Below are positions 52,141 through 64,000 of a stretch of 64,000 bases of DNA, in pieces (position 1 is the first letter of the stretch; every line of letters begins with the position of its first letter). Position numbers and translations under genes: made by a program. The notes under the pieces were generated by a model. The model saw only the letters and a list, made by a program, of their open reading frames with translations, was not told the DNA's origin and did not search any database. Origin of the DNA: Lama glama. Its lineage: Eukaryota. The stretch covers positions 1,364,001-1,428,000 of the forward strand of contig CM052825.1 in NCBI GenBank assembly GCA_028534125.1, given 5' to 3'.

Positions 52141-52222
52141 CCTAATCCTCTGCTCTTGGTCCACCCTCGCGTCTTGGCAGGCCTGGAGTTCCTGAAGCTT
52201 CTGATTAGCTTCCTGCCACTTT
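52141..52222 (-). CDS. MAD1L1: MAD1L1 exon 7
   Basis: (R)KWQEANQKLQELQACQDARVDQEQRIR. TAG acceptor after a pyrimidine tract, AGG|GTGAGT donor. 82 nt. Confidence 0.97.
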
Positions 52223-53162
52223 CTATTAAGACAAAAGTACATCACATGCAGAAACAGGCATGTGGTGAAGCCATCACGTGCCCTTGCCGTGCAGGCCCAG
52301 TAGCACAGACACACACACACTCACACGTGCACGCACACACCCCGCAGGGACGCCCCACGGCCAGGACTCCAGCCCTGCTGGTGCCCTGGGGCCTGAGTCT
52401 CAGGGCAAGTGGGCAGGTAGAGACCACCTGCTAGGTCTTCTCGAGCCGCACACCCCACAGGTCTCATCCCTCCCACACCTGCTCACAACGGCAGCTTCTG
52501 CTGGCCCTGGGACAGCCAAAGCCAACGATGCTCTCACAACTCACGCCCTCACTCCACTGAGTGACCAGAACCCTCCTAAGACGACACCTGCCGAGCGAGA
52601 GGCCACGTCCTCGGGAGTGCTGTGCTCCCCCGACATCTCAGGCGGCTTCTCCCACACCTCCGCGCCTCTGCCTGGAACGTCCTTTCCCACTCACGTCCCA
52701 GCACCGCCCCCAGGCATGTCCTACACAGTCTCTAAAACCCCGCTCAAACAGAACATCTTCTCCAGAAGCTCCACCCACGCAGACACCCACCCCCAGAGGA
52801 GGGAAGAAGTGACTATTCCCTCTTTCTGCTCCTGGAGCACAGAAGACACCACTCCGTCCTGGCACTTATCGTCCCGGCTTCAGAGGCCTTGGCGTGTCCG
52901 CCAGCAGCCTGTGGATGCGGAGGGCAGCAGGCAAAGGGGTCTCGTAGACCCTCGGCGCTCCAGTGCATACAACACACGTGGGCGCTGGGCGCTCCGGCCA
53001 CAAAGGGCCCAGGAAAGCAAGTCTGGGTCTCCCACGTGGGTAACAACTGGACATCTGGCTCGGCACACGGCCCAGCAGGCGTCAGGTGGACGGGCCCAGG
53101 CTCTGCTGGCAAAGGCGCAGAGAGTGCTTGTGAGGTGGGGGCCCCGCCTGACCCACACTCAC

Positions 53163-53287
53163 CTGTGCTGCAGGTCCAGCTGCTCCTTCAGCTCCTGCTT
53201 CTCCGACTCCAGGCGCTTCACCTGCATCTCCTGGTTCATGACGCTCCATTGCAGCTCCGAGATCCTCCCCTTTAACGCGCTGATGGT
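53163..53287 (-). CDS. MAD1L1: MAD1L1 exon 6
   Basis: [41 protein letters not shown](R). CAG acceptor, AG|GTGAGT donor. 125 nt. Confidence 0.97.
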
Positions 53288-55749
53288 CTGCAGGCGAAGC
53301 CAGACAAGACCTGCTCACCAAGGCCTCTGGCACATGAACGGAGGTGAGCCCCTCACACAGAGATGGATGGGACCAGCTGTCCCGCTCCGGAGGGCTCCTT
53401 TGGAGCACACGAACAGGGCAGACCATACGCCACCCCTCAACCCACCCAAGCCCTGCCTGGTGCTTCCCACCAGCAGACGGGAAGAGACGGGGTCGTGGTG
53501 ACAGACAGCCTCAGGGGCAGGAACGCTGCCAGCCAAGACGGGCATGGACCACACACCTGGCGGCCCCTGACCTGGGCCCTCAATGCCCCATCACCCTAGA
53601 CCCGCGCAGCCTGGGGCATGCTCTGCCCAGTTCTCCCTCCACACTGCTCTCGTCCTTCGGCCTGGGATCCCTTCTACAACCACCCCAAGCCCGTGCCACC
53701 ACTCCAGCTACACAGAGATGCCATCTATGAACCAAGCCAGGCACCAAGTCAGCAGCGGGTCACTGAGGCTGTGCTCAGGACAACACCTGGAGAGCTACAC
53801 TGGGCAAACAGTGCTGAAGGAGTGCCGCAGAGGCTGAGACGCCCCCAGGCCGGAGTGATCCTGAAGGAAAGCAGTGGGAGGACTGCGGAGGCTGCCCAAG
53901 GGCAGGCCTCCAGGACGGTGCCTGCGGAACACACGGGGCAGAACCCTGTCCTTAGCTTGGACCACACCCTCACCAGACAATCTTCTGGTGATCAGACTCC
54001 ACGTGTGGCTTTCCTCGGGCAAGGCAGCGCACCAGCCAAGCCGACAGAAAAAGCCAGCCGCTCAGGAGGGTCCCCTCAAGATAGTGAGTGAGCCAGACAT
54101 CAACCCACGAGCCGAGAGCAAGGGAACAGACCGCCACGCTTGCCACCATGAGTGACACCTGCGGGGAGCCCTCTGCAAACAGGGGGCCACCACACACCCT
54201 CCCCAGTCCAACCCAGGGCAGACGGGGGGTCTGTGTCCCACCCTCTTACCAAGCCACGTGCCCCTTTGCAACAACTGTGACTATCAGTCTGGGAACCAAA
54301 AAAGAATGAAGGTACTAAAGCGACATTTAACAGTGAACGTGGCCTTTGAGAACTCTTCCTGAATGAAGTAATGCACAACGCTGTGCTGAACGCGGGGGTC
54401 AGGCGGCCCGCCCCACGGACGGCAAGGCTGGGGGGAAGCCAGGCCACCAGCAGGATGACCTCAGAGACCACGAGCACCTGAACCAGGCACCGTGAGAAAA
54501 GAGCGCAGCTGCAGGGCGGGGGCCGCAACCCTAGACTCAGTGACCAGGGCAGCTTCTCCGAGGGGTGAAAAGCAAGAGGAGTAGCATCCGGGTCTCCTTC
54601 CAGCTGGCCACAGCCTCTGCCACGCTGGCCCTCTCGGCAGCTGCTCCCTGATAAGCGTCCCACTTGCTCTTCAGTGAACCTGTGCGGGACCCGCCCTCCC
54701 CGGGGGCCCTGCCTGCCTCCAGAACACAGCCCGGAACGGAGCCCAGGCAGGCGCACGCCACAGGTGGGAGGAGGGCTTGTCGTAGGCCAGCCACAGCTCC
54801 CCTCCTGCCAACGTCCACATCAGAAGGCAGGTGTAGGAATGACCTTAACACGCGCTCCAGCGTTCCCGGGGGAAAAATGACCTGCAGCCTGCCCGAAGGC
54901 CTACCAAGGAGAGGAAGCCGGGCAGAGGCGGGATGCCAGGGACCCGGCCCCGCCCCTGCCTGGCAGCGTTTCACCCTCTTCCTCGCAGCACCTGTGGTCC
55001 TGAGCAGCGAAGCAAAGGGACAGGGAAGGTCAGAGGGGCCCCATTTCCACCAGCATCAATCTCTGGGCTGTTTCTAAAATGTACGCAGCCTTCAGTCGGG
55101 GGACGCAGCAGGGACTACGGTGCAACTATGCTGTGCCAGAGCTGCTCTCAGACGCTAACAGGCCTCGCTAACAGCCAAAGACATGCAAGCCCAGAGGCAC
55201 CCACTCATGCCTTCTGGGGACAAAAACTACTTTCAGAAAACAGCACTGCCCACGGGTCGGGTCGCAGTGACACTAGCGCCTCCACGGCGGCGGCCGGCAC
55301 ACAGCAGCAGTGGGCAGCCTAGGCCAGGGGGCTGCCAGCGGCCTCACAGCCCCACTCCCAGCCGCCTGTCCCAGTGAGCACGGCAACAAGCAAGAAGGCT
55401 GTAAGCGCGACGCCCTCCCCCAATGCGCATCTGCATCAGGGTGCGGGCACACGGACCAACCAGGCGTCTGAAGATGACAAAGAACGATTAGTCAGCCACT
55501 AACCAGGTTAGTCAACTCCTAACACTCCTAATTACAAAGACTAAGAAAATGTTCGCCTTACTAACCGAAAACCACAGGAGGAAAAGTTAATACTTTCACG
55601 ACGACCACAACCATGCAGAAAGGGAGCGGAGTCAGACAGCGGGACGCTCCCGGAGCTGCAGCGGCGGCCGCGGGGCGCACTCGCCCTCCTCCCTGGAAAA
55701 ACAGCCAGTGGGGAGAGGGCGGCACCCTGGGCCGAGCCACAGCCCTCAC

Positions 55750-55929
55750 CTCGCCGGCCTCGGCCAGGCCGTCCTCCTTCTCCCGCAGTCTCCTGCCGGC
55801 CGCGTCCAGGCTCTGCTGGCACAGCCTGTGGCGCTCCAGCTGCTCCTTCATCTTCTCCTCCGCCTCGGCCTCCCGCTCCTGCAGCTGCCGGATGCGCGTC
55901 AGGAGCTCCTGGTTGCGGTCCACCTCGCG
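55750..55929 (-). CDS. MAD1L1: MAD1L1 exon 5, aa 98-157
   Basis: [63 protein letters not shown] acceptor, GAG|GTGAGG donor. 180 nt. Confidence 0.98.
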
Positions 55930-57938
55930 CTGCAGAGAAGCATGGGCCTAGTGAGAGGGCGTTGGAGCAGGGAGACCCCACCCCACTCCTATCTCAGGAC
56001 GGGGCTGAAACCCGGAGAAGAGCCACCGAGGAAGCAGCAGCCAAGTCCACGCTGACCCGGGGCTGGGACCCGCTCCGAGGGGAGCGCTCAGCCGCAGCAG
56101 CACACAGCTGGGTGTCACCCTGCCCCCCGCCTGGAGGGCACTTGGCATGCTTCACCCCCACTGTCACTGACCAGGCTCACAGTGACCATCTGCAGGGAGG
56201 AGACAGAGCACAGAAACCTCACTCAGACTCCACTTTGGAAAGAAACCTCTAGTGCTGGCAGCACCGGCAGCTCTCTGACTGCACACAGCTACGTCACAGT
56301 GAGCAGACAACAGGGTAGGGACGGGGGGCATGGACGTGAGCCTGCACCCGGGAACACATGACCCCGGGCCTGCATCTCCCACAGACCCTCAGGGCCAGAC
56401 CCTGCACTGGTACCCTCGGGGGCTCGTGGCTCGTGCTAGTGAAGAAGGCACAGATTCAGACTCCTCGCTCCGATGATCCCTGGGGCCCCAAGGGCCAACT
56501 GCTGGCCACTGAGAAGATTACCCTCCGCCCAAGAAGCAAAGGGACCACAATGTGGGAGCCAGAGCCCCCAGGGCACAGGCAGCAAGTCCTGGTTACACAG
56601 AGCCTGACACTCTGCTGACCTCCCACACAAGCTCCCACCAAGGACTGCCAGGCACTCCCACATTCAGAGCCAGGGCTTACATCTGAACCCTCTGAGCCCA
56701 GCACCAAGGAGGGGCTTAGCAAGAGCGCAGACAGGGCCCAGGCCTCCTCAAGGAAGCCGGTCTAGGACCGAAAGGGATCCGAGGGGCGACGAGCTGCAAG
56801 TACAGCTCCCGACGACCAGCAGGCCTCGCAGGCAGGGGCCCGCCCCAGTGCAGGGCCGCCCAGCACACCACAGGCGGGGGCGGGGGCGTCTCTACTTGGG
56901 CTGCCGGTCCCTAGTGCACATGGGGTGGTCCAGGCAGGTCCCCAGGCCTTGGACACCAAAGTCTCACCACCTACCAGGTACCCCCAGGCAGGAGAACCGA
57001 ATTTCCCACCCGCCTGTCCTCTCCAAGCACAACCAAACTGGCGGTCCCCGAAAAACCACTGCAGATTCCTGACACTCAAAAGGGCACTTCGCAAACCCCG
57101 GCTCAGGTGACTCGGGAGCCACCCCCAGCCGGGTGGGTGGGCGGGAGGCCCACGTGCACCCAGCGAGGGCCCAGGACTAAGCCCGGGCAGCCCTGTGCCC
57201 CAGGGCCCCCAGGAAAGACTGCCAGTGATCCTCACTCCAGCGTCTTCTGAGCACTGGTAAGGTCCACAGCCTGTGCTGGACACTGGCATCCAGAGCAGTC
57301 AGGACACCCATCCCCAAGGGACTCATGGCCCACAGAAACGCCAACAGCTCCACACTCCAGCCTTCTCCCCGAGAGCTAGGGCAGGGCCAACACCACAGCT
57401 CCTACAGGCCGATGGCCCTGGTGCCTCCTCCCCACCCCTAACGAGGGCACTTCAGTACTTGCAAGATCCCCCTGGCCTCTCCCCTCCCCCTCCCCCCGGT
57501 TCCAAGGACGGTCCTTCCTGGAACAACCCAGTGCATCAGCAAAAGCCCCACCTCACAGAGAAACACCACCGGGAGCAGCACCAGGGCCGAGGCGGGGGCA
57601 GCGGTACCCCACCTGCAGGCTGGGTCTCTGGGCTGCTGGGTCCACACAACACACCACAGCCAGGAACCTGCACGCCGGGCTTAAACACACCTAATTAGCA
57701 TTGCACCCTGGAAGACATCAGCTGTTTTTACAGGGACTAGGAAACTGCATGGATACGCCACGCAAGGCAAGAGTGGGGCCAGACAGCCATCCCCAGGGAA
57801 AGCACAGAGGCCAGAGGCCTTCTGGCCCAATGCTCTGCTTGAACCTTGGCAGCGTTTCCACAACTCATCAGCACTTATTGGAGAACCCTGGCAAAGTGAG
57901 ATTAATCAAAGCAAAGGAAGCACGGAATTTATGAACTA

Positions 57939-58625
<687 letters not shown>

Positions 58626-58829
58626 TCACACAGGCGAGGGCCCCTTTGCACTCTCTCACTGAGCACCTGCCCCCAGCAAGGCCCTCTCTCAGCCCCGAGG
58701 GAGAAGGCAGAACACCGGGCCTCGGGGAGGACATGGGTGCGGAGGCAGCAAGCCAAGAGAAGGTGACAAAGAAGGAAGAGAAGGGTGTGCTTTCAGATGA
58801 CAGCATGTGGGCTTCTCTCAGAAAAGAGG

Positions 58830-59360
58830 AGGTTCGTTTCCTACGCTGTGTACCAAACTACCACAAATTCAGCAGCTTAAACGCCCGTGTACCGGCTGTC
58901 GGTCCCATGGGTCAGAGGCCGGGCATGCACAGCCAGCTCCTCTGATCAGGGTCTCAACAGGCCGGCACCCCTGCAGTCGGCAGGCCGTGTTCTCAGGAGC
59001 CTCTTCCACACTCACGCTTCCCTGCTGGCTGTCCGGCTGCACCACCGTCAGCTCCCAGGGGCCACCCACATTCCCTGCCATGGGGTCTCTCCACATCCAA
59101 AGCCAACAGGGGAGACTCTGCGCGAGCGGAGTCCCTCTCCCGCTGGGCACCTCTGACTTCTCTGTCTGATCTCTGCACCCACCCGACTGGCTCAGGCCCA
59201 CACAGGTGTCCTCACTACCTGAAAGTCAACTGATCGGAGATATTAATTCTGTCTGCAGAACTCCACCACCACAACACCTAGCTAGTGTTTGAATAAATGG
59301 GAGAAAGTGCAGTCCACCGGGGGCTGGCAATTTGGGGCCCATCTCAGAAGTCTGCCTCTC
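58830..59360 (-). mobile_element. MLT1 LTR
   Basis: caaactaccacaaattcagcagcttaaac...ggctcaggcccac...aaagtcaactgat...gccatctcagaagtctgcct. Confidence 0.78.
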
Positions 59361-59484
59361 TCAGAAGGCAGGTAAATAGGGGGAATTCAAGTCTTGAAGG
59401 GCCTCAGAAGACACAGGGATCAGTTTCACGGAATCACTGACTGCAGTGGCCTCTCCCTCAGGTGGGCTAGAGCCCCACCACGCC

Positions 59485-59605
59485 TGCCCAGCCCAGCACC
59501 TCCTGGGCATGTAACAGAAATGCAAAATCTCAGGCTGCACCACCCGGATACCTAACCAGAATCTTCATTTTAAACATATTAGGTGCACTCTCTAAGCACT
59601 GGGCT
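59485..59605. mobile_element. MER5A-like hAT MITE fragment
   Basis: cagcacctcctggg...agaaatgcaaaatctcaggctgcacc...ccagaatcttcattttaa. A similar piece lies at about 6690-6800. Confidence 0.65.
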
Positions 59606-60736
59606 GTACCTACCCTGTAACACTTTTTTAAACCAAAGTTGCCAACTTCATATTTTGTCAGTGAGCAAGGATTCAAAAGAAAAAACTACAATCTATTCCC
59701 ACCCCAATACCGTGTTTTAACACCAAAACCAAAACCAAACATAAAAGACCTAATTTCAGAAAAAAGAACAGTCCTTGCCCAAGAAGCGTAGTGAGCAACT
59801 TAACCCACTAACAAACTACAGAAATTCAATTATTCAGCATGCACACACATACAGACACCCCAGCCTTTGTTTTACGGAACGTGGCCTGGGCTCGTAGGAG
59901 CTCTCAGAGCGACAGGAAAGCACCAGCTCATCTGACACAGAGCATCACAGCAGGAAGGCTGACAGGACAGGAGGGACGCAGGCAGAGAAGCCAGGAATCA
60001 CCTGACGCAGGGAGGGCCAGGGCAAGGCTCAGACACCACCTCCCTCCCCGTGAGGACCCACGATCCCTGCCACGACCAGCACAGACCCCAGGACTCTTCG
60101 GAACCTGGAGACCTTCAGGAGACCTGAGCCTTTACAACTGTGTCTTACGTAAGCGTTGCTGAGAACTTGGAATAAATTTAGTGAAATGAGACCATAATCA
60201 GAGTAAAACTGTAAAAACACCCCATGGCAGAGTGCAGCCAAGATCCACAAATGGCCCCTGTGGTCTGAGACCATTACTACCCAGTCCTTCACTCACTGCC
60301 CTGCCTTTCCTGCCAGGCTGACCAAGAACCTATGTTTAAAGCACAGCCTTCCCCAGAGTTACACCAGCAAGGGGGCCAGCGGCTGGCTGGACAGTTCAGT
60401 GGTCACACGCCCGGCGGTGTGGGATTTCTTCCTCAGTTAAATGAAGAAGCTGACTTTCCCACCCCGTCTTCAGTGCCTGTGAGCTCATTAGTGTGAGCGC
60501 AGTGCTGAACTCCAGACCCACTCTGGAGGCACTGCTGTCACTTCAGGCTTCTGAGCCAGGACGGTTCAGGGCCGGACCATGACCTCCAGCTAGCCACCAA
60601 AACTATGACTACCCATGCTGGACATGCGGGAGGTGGCCAGCTGGCCTTCAGGCGGAGAAAACACCGACCTGCCTCAGCTATATGGAATGTGAACCCGCCC
60701 TGCCTAGGGGCAGGCGTCCCGATGCACACCACTCAC

Positions 60737-60886
60737 CTGCATGCTCTGCTGGTACTGCGTCTGCAGAGAGCCCTGGGCAGAAGTGGAGACGTCCAGTCCC
60801 GATCCTCCCTCCACTCGCTGAGAAATGAAGTTGTTCAAAGACCTCAGGGTGGACAGGACGGTGGTGTTTTCCCCCAGGTCTTCCAT
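60737..60886 (-). CDS. MAD1L1: MAD1L1 first coding exon (human exon 3), aa 1-50
   Basis: Translates [50 protein letters not shown], near-identical to the MAD1 N-terminus. ATG at 60886 in GCCATGG Kozak context. Donor CAG|GTGAGT. 150 coding nt. Acceptor TAG at 60900-60902. Confidence 0.98.
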
Positions 60887-63114
60887 GGCCACTTCCTTTC
60901 TAGAGGCAAACAAGGGAAGGGTCACGGGGAGCCTTTCCAGGCACTATCAGCTCTGCCAGCCGCCCGGTCAGGGGGTGCCTTCGGGTAGCCCCTTCCCCCA
61001 ATGCTCTCTCAGAGCCCATAAAATATTCCAGCATCCAGAGTGGCCACTTTCTTCAGGGTTAACTGGGAGCCCATGTTGCCAATTTCTCAGAGAAGAAATG
61101 GAGGCATAAAAGGACAATATGCCACCAAGCTGCTGACTATCAGACACCAGCAGGACAGACAGACGGCTCCCAAGACGAGGCGTCCAGCAGTCAGGTGGGA
61201 CGTCTCCCTCAGAAGCACTCACAAAAAGCCTAGCTTCTGGGAGTCAGAAACGAAGCACATGACAGGGGCAGCAAGCATGACGACCAGAGCAGTGCTAACC
61301 ACAGGTTAACAGCGACATGAGTAACTGTCACTGCTGTGTTCAGCCACGTACCAAAAAGAGAGGTATCTGACATCTACTGAGCACCAAGACTTCCTGAGCC
61401 TCAGTTCCCTCGTCTGTAAACTGAGGATCACAAAACTCACTTTGCAAAGTTGAGAGGGCAACAGGGTCCAAAAGAAGTCTCCCCACGGCAGACGGACCAA
61501 TGCTGCCAGTCCGACTCCCACTCTGCTTGTAACTTTACGTATGACGCTGCAACCTTCAGAACAGACAGGAGAATTGGGTCTTTTTACACATTTTAGAGAC
61601 AATATAAAACAAGGCCTCAAAAGTTACAGACCTGAGATCGAACCTGGTCTGTCTGGCTCTGAAGGTCGAGTGTGCTCCACAGACCTGGGGACGAAGGGCC
61701 AAGGACAAGCAGCAGCAAAGAGCCTGCGCCCCCATCTAGGCTTGTCTTGGCCTCACACCAGGCTGTCTCCCAGCCGGGACGTGCGCAAGTTTCCCAGTCA
61801 CAGTTAGCAACCAAAGGTGTGAAGTCCTACAGGTGTTTTTCTCCTGAGAAAAGCAGCCAGCTCTCACCGATTTCCCTTAAGTATTAGACTGGAAACACTG
61901 CTCCCCACCCCAAAAAAACGATGAAGAATCTTGGTTTGAGTCTGCATTTTCCATTTAACAAGAACCCTGGCCTTGTGCATGCAGAGCCCTCGCCTTCTGC
62001 AGGCCACCATTTCCACCCCTGCACAACACAGCTGCCCTCTCCACCTCCCCATCATCCTGCACATGGAAAGCAGACTGCAAGGGAGAACAGGGAGGCGCAG
62101 GCACTCAGAGCTGTGAGCCTGGCAGACAGATACAGGCCCACCCGGGGCGAGGCAGCAGCTCTGCTCTGGAAGGCAAGTCCTTCCATCTGTCGAGATGAGA
62201 CCAGGGCCATGCTCTCCATCCCACGGGAAATTTAGCCTGTACACCCTCTTCTCAAGGGTATATGCCATCCCCGGTGAGAACTGATGCATGCTATACACCA
62301 GAATGAAAAGAACAGATTTGCACCTGCCTGGAACAAAGCCGCTGTAAGCAATAAGGCGGCAGCTCAAACTCCATCCTCCTTTATCCAAGAGACTCAAGTC
62401 TTCCAGCTGTCTAACCATGGAATCTGAACTGCTCTCAACGGAACCCCAGAGCTGGGAGTCCAGTCCCCTCAACCGCCCTTCCCGTTCCTGGCAAAAGGAC
62501 GGCTGCGGGAACCTACAGAAATGACAAAGATGCCCACCACCTCGCAACACCACTTCCCAGCGCCACGGGCTCTTATGCCAGCCTGGTCGTTCACCACCCC
62601 TGTGTCTGCTTTCTCCAAACTTACACTAGATGTGAAATGCAAGTGCCCATCCTATCAGCCGCCAGCAGTGCGGCTCTGCGAGAGTCACTGCCCATCTTCC
62701 CACCGGTTTCCCAACTACCACACTGTTCAAGTCAAGAGGTGCAGGTGACAGCGCTGTCAACTCGGAAGGGCGGGACCGGTGGGGGGCGTCTCGGGAGCCG
62801 CCGGCTTCCCGGAGACCCGGCGGGTCCGCCCCGACCCGCTCTCGCCCCTCGAGACCCTGGCCCTTCCCAGCTCCTGCTCGGAGAGCACGGGACGCGCCCT
62901 GGATCGGAAGGACGGAGCACGGAGCGAAAGGGCGCGCTGGCAGAGACCTCGGCCCCGGTGCCCCAGGGCCGGGGCGGCCCGAGGGGGCGGCGCCCGCACG
63001 GAGCCCCAGCCTCGTCCCCGTCCCACCCGCGCCGGCTCGGCTCGGCTCGGCTCGACACGCGCCCCCGGCTCAGCCGGCCCGGCCCGGCCCCTGCCCGGGA
63101 CCCCGTCCGCTCAC

Positions 63115-63200
63115 CTCGCCGCCTCAGCCGGGTTGCATGCGCCGCAGCCGCTCAGATCTCCCTCTTCTCCGCCGGCGCCCGCGTATCGCGAGACGTCAGG
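63115..63200 (-). other. MAD1L1: Probable non-coding first exon of MAD1L1 (TSS approximate)
   Basis: Strong donor GAG|GTGAGC at 63115/63114 inside the CpG island, just downstream (minus strand) of the CGCG elements. Confidence 0.7.
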
Positions 63201-63216
63201 TTGCGCTCTCGCGAGA
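63184..63216. promoter_or_regulatory. Two CGCG/Banp elements (TATCGCGAGA 63184-63193, TCTCGCGAGA 63207-63216) with a CRE-like AGACGTCA (63191-63198)
   Basis: Both match the TMTCGCGAGA consensus exactly. Confidence 0.8.
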
Positions 63217-64000
63217 TTTGGGCGGTGCCGATCGTAAGCCTCCGAGTCTGCGCGCCAGCCGTCCTGGGGGCTCCGCGTCTGTCCTGGAGCCAGCCACCCT
63301 CGAGCCACCCGTTCGGAGAGGACCGTAACCACCGTAACCAAAGGCCGGCCCGCGGGGCTATCGGGTGCCCGCGGCCCCCGGGTCGGGTTTCCCCCAGGGC
63401 GCCTGCCTCGCACCGTATTGTGTGGAGTAGCACCGCCCAACTGTGGCCTCATAGGGCCAAACTTCTCTTGCACGCCTATTCCCGCCCTTGCCACTACCAG
63501 TATTTGCTTGAATGAATGCTTTTCTCCGGGCCCTCTTTTAAAACAGCAAAGTACTGTGCTGCTAACCTATCCTCCCAGTGCCCTGTGAGCTGTCGGGGCC
63601 TCCGTCTGGGTCCCCGTTCTCCGTGGCGCGACGGCCAGCCGCCAAGTCCGCCCGCAGCGCCCCCTTGCAGTGCCGGGTCCCGCTGGTCCCCGCTGGTCCC
63701 CGCTCCTCCCCGCACCCCCGCCTCGGGCTAAGCGCTCCAGGGACTGCACCGAAGTCCCCTCTTCCAGAGAGGACACCAGTCCGTCTGCCCGGAACAGACG
63801 GCAGAGGAGGGGGAGGCTGCGGCGGCGGAAGCAGGACGCGTCTCTCTGGACTAGCTGACTGCAGGCGAAAATAAAACGAAAAATTTTAAAGTCTGACCTA
63901 CTTCAGGGATCTGGGCTAGGTCCTAGGACCCTGATGGAGGTTCCTGAGTATCTCTTCCTTCCCCCGGGGTCCTTGGGATTTCATCACCGCTACAGTCTCT

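Larger units (their letters stand above)
62750..63850. promoter_or_regulatory. CpG-island promoter of MAD1L1
   Basis: Very high GC and CpG density about 2 kb upstream of the start codon. No TATA box evident. Confidence 0.9.

Noticed and set aside
50299-53501. 395-aa and 407-aa plus-strand ORFs
   Set aside because: They are antisense shadows of MAD1L1 exons plus GC-rich intron and L2 sequence, with no independent coding signal.
61200-61450. Non-coding exon 2 of MAD1L1
   Set aside because: Minus-strand GTGAGT donors exist at 61217-61222 and 61435-61440 (the latter in a MIR), but both have weak exonic context and I cannot define an acceptor without RNA data.
62637-63515. 292-aa ORF across the promoter
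   Set aside because: CpG-island artefact with a low-complexity Arg/Pro/Gly translation.

Overview
This is mammalian genomic DNA, not microbial. A tRNA-derived SINE resembling camelid Vic-1 points to a camelid (alpaca, llama or camel). The window holds the 5' part of MAD1L1, the spindle-checkpoint gene for MAD1, on the minus strand. There is a CpG-island promoter with a probable non-coding first exon at about 62.7-63.85 kb. Nine coding exons total 1073 nt (residues 1-358), all with canonical GT-AG boundaries. Their lengths of 150/141/180/125/82/131/115/62/87 nt match the human gene as I recall it; exon numbers below follow human numbering. Eight coding exons cluster in 49,011-60,886, a 46,444-nt intron follows, and the next exon lies at 2480-2566; the gene continues beyond position 1. 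The rest is GC-rich intron containing old transposon fossils (L1, L2, MIR, MLT1, MER21, MER5, MER58, Charlie1, Tigger), one young SINE with a target-site duplication, a 59-bp minisatellite and several AT-rich motif-dense islands. Almost all listed ORFs are spurious. I see no new multi-gene system. The best leads are a Cys in place of the reported ATM site Ser214, a minisatellite carrying six CTCF-like motifs, tandem Banp/CGCG promoter elements and GC-shifted decay of old repeats. Repeat families were assigned from memory of consensus sequences and their boundaries are approximate.
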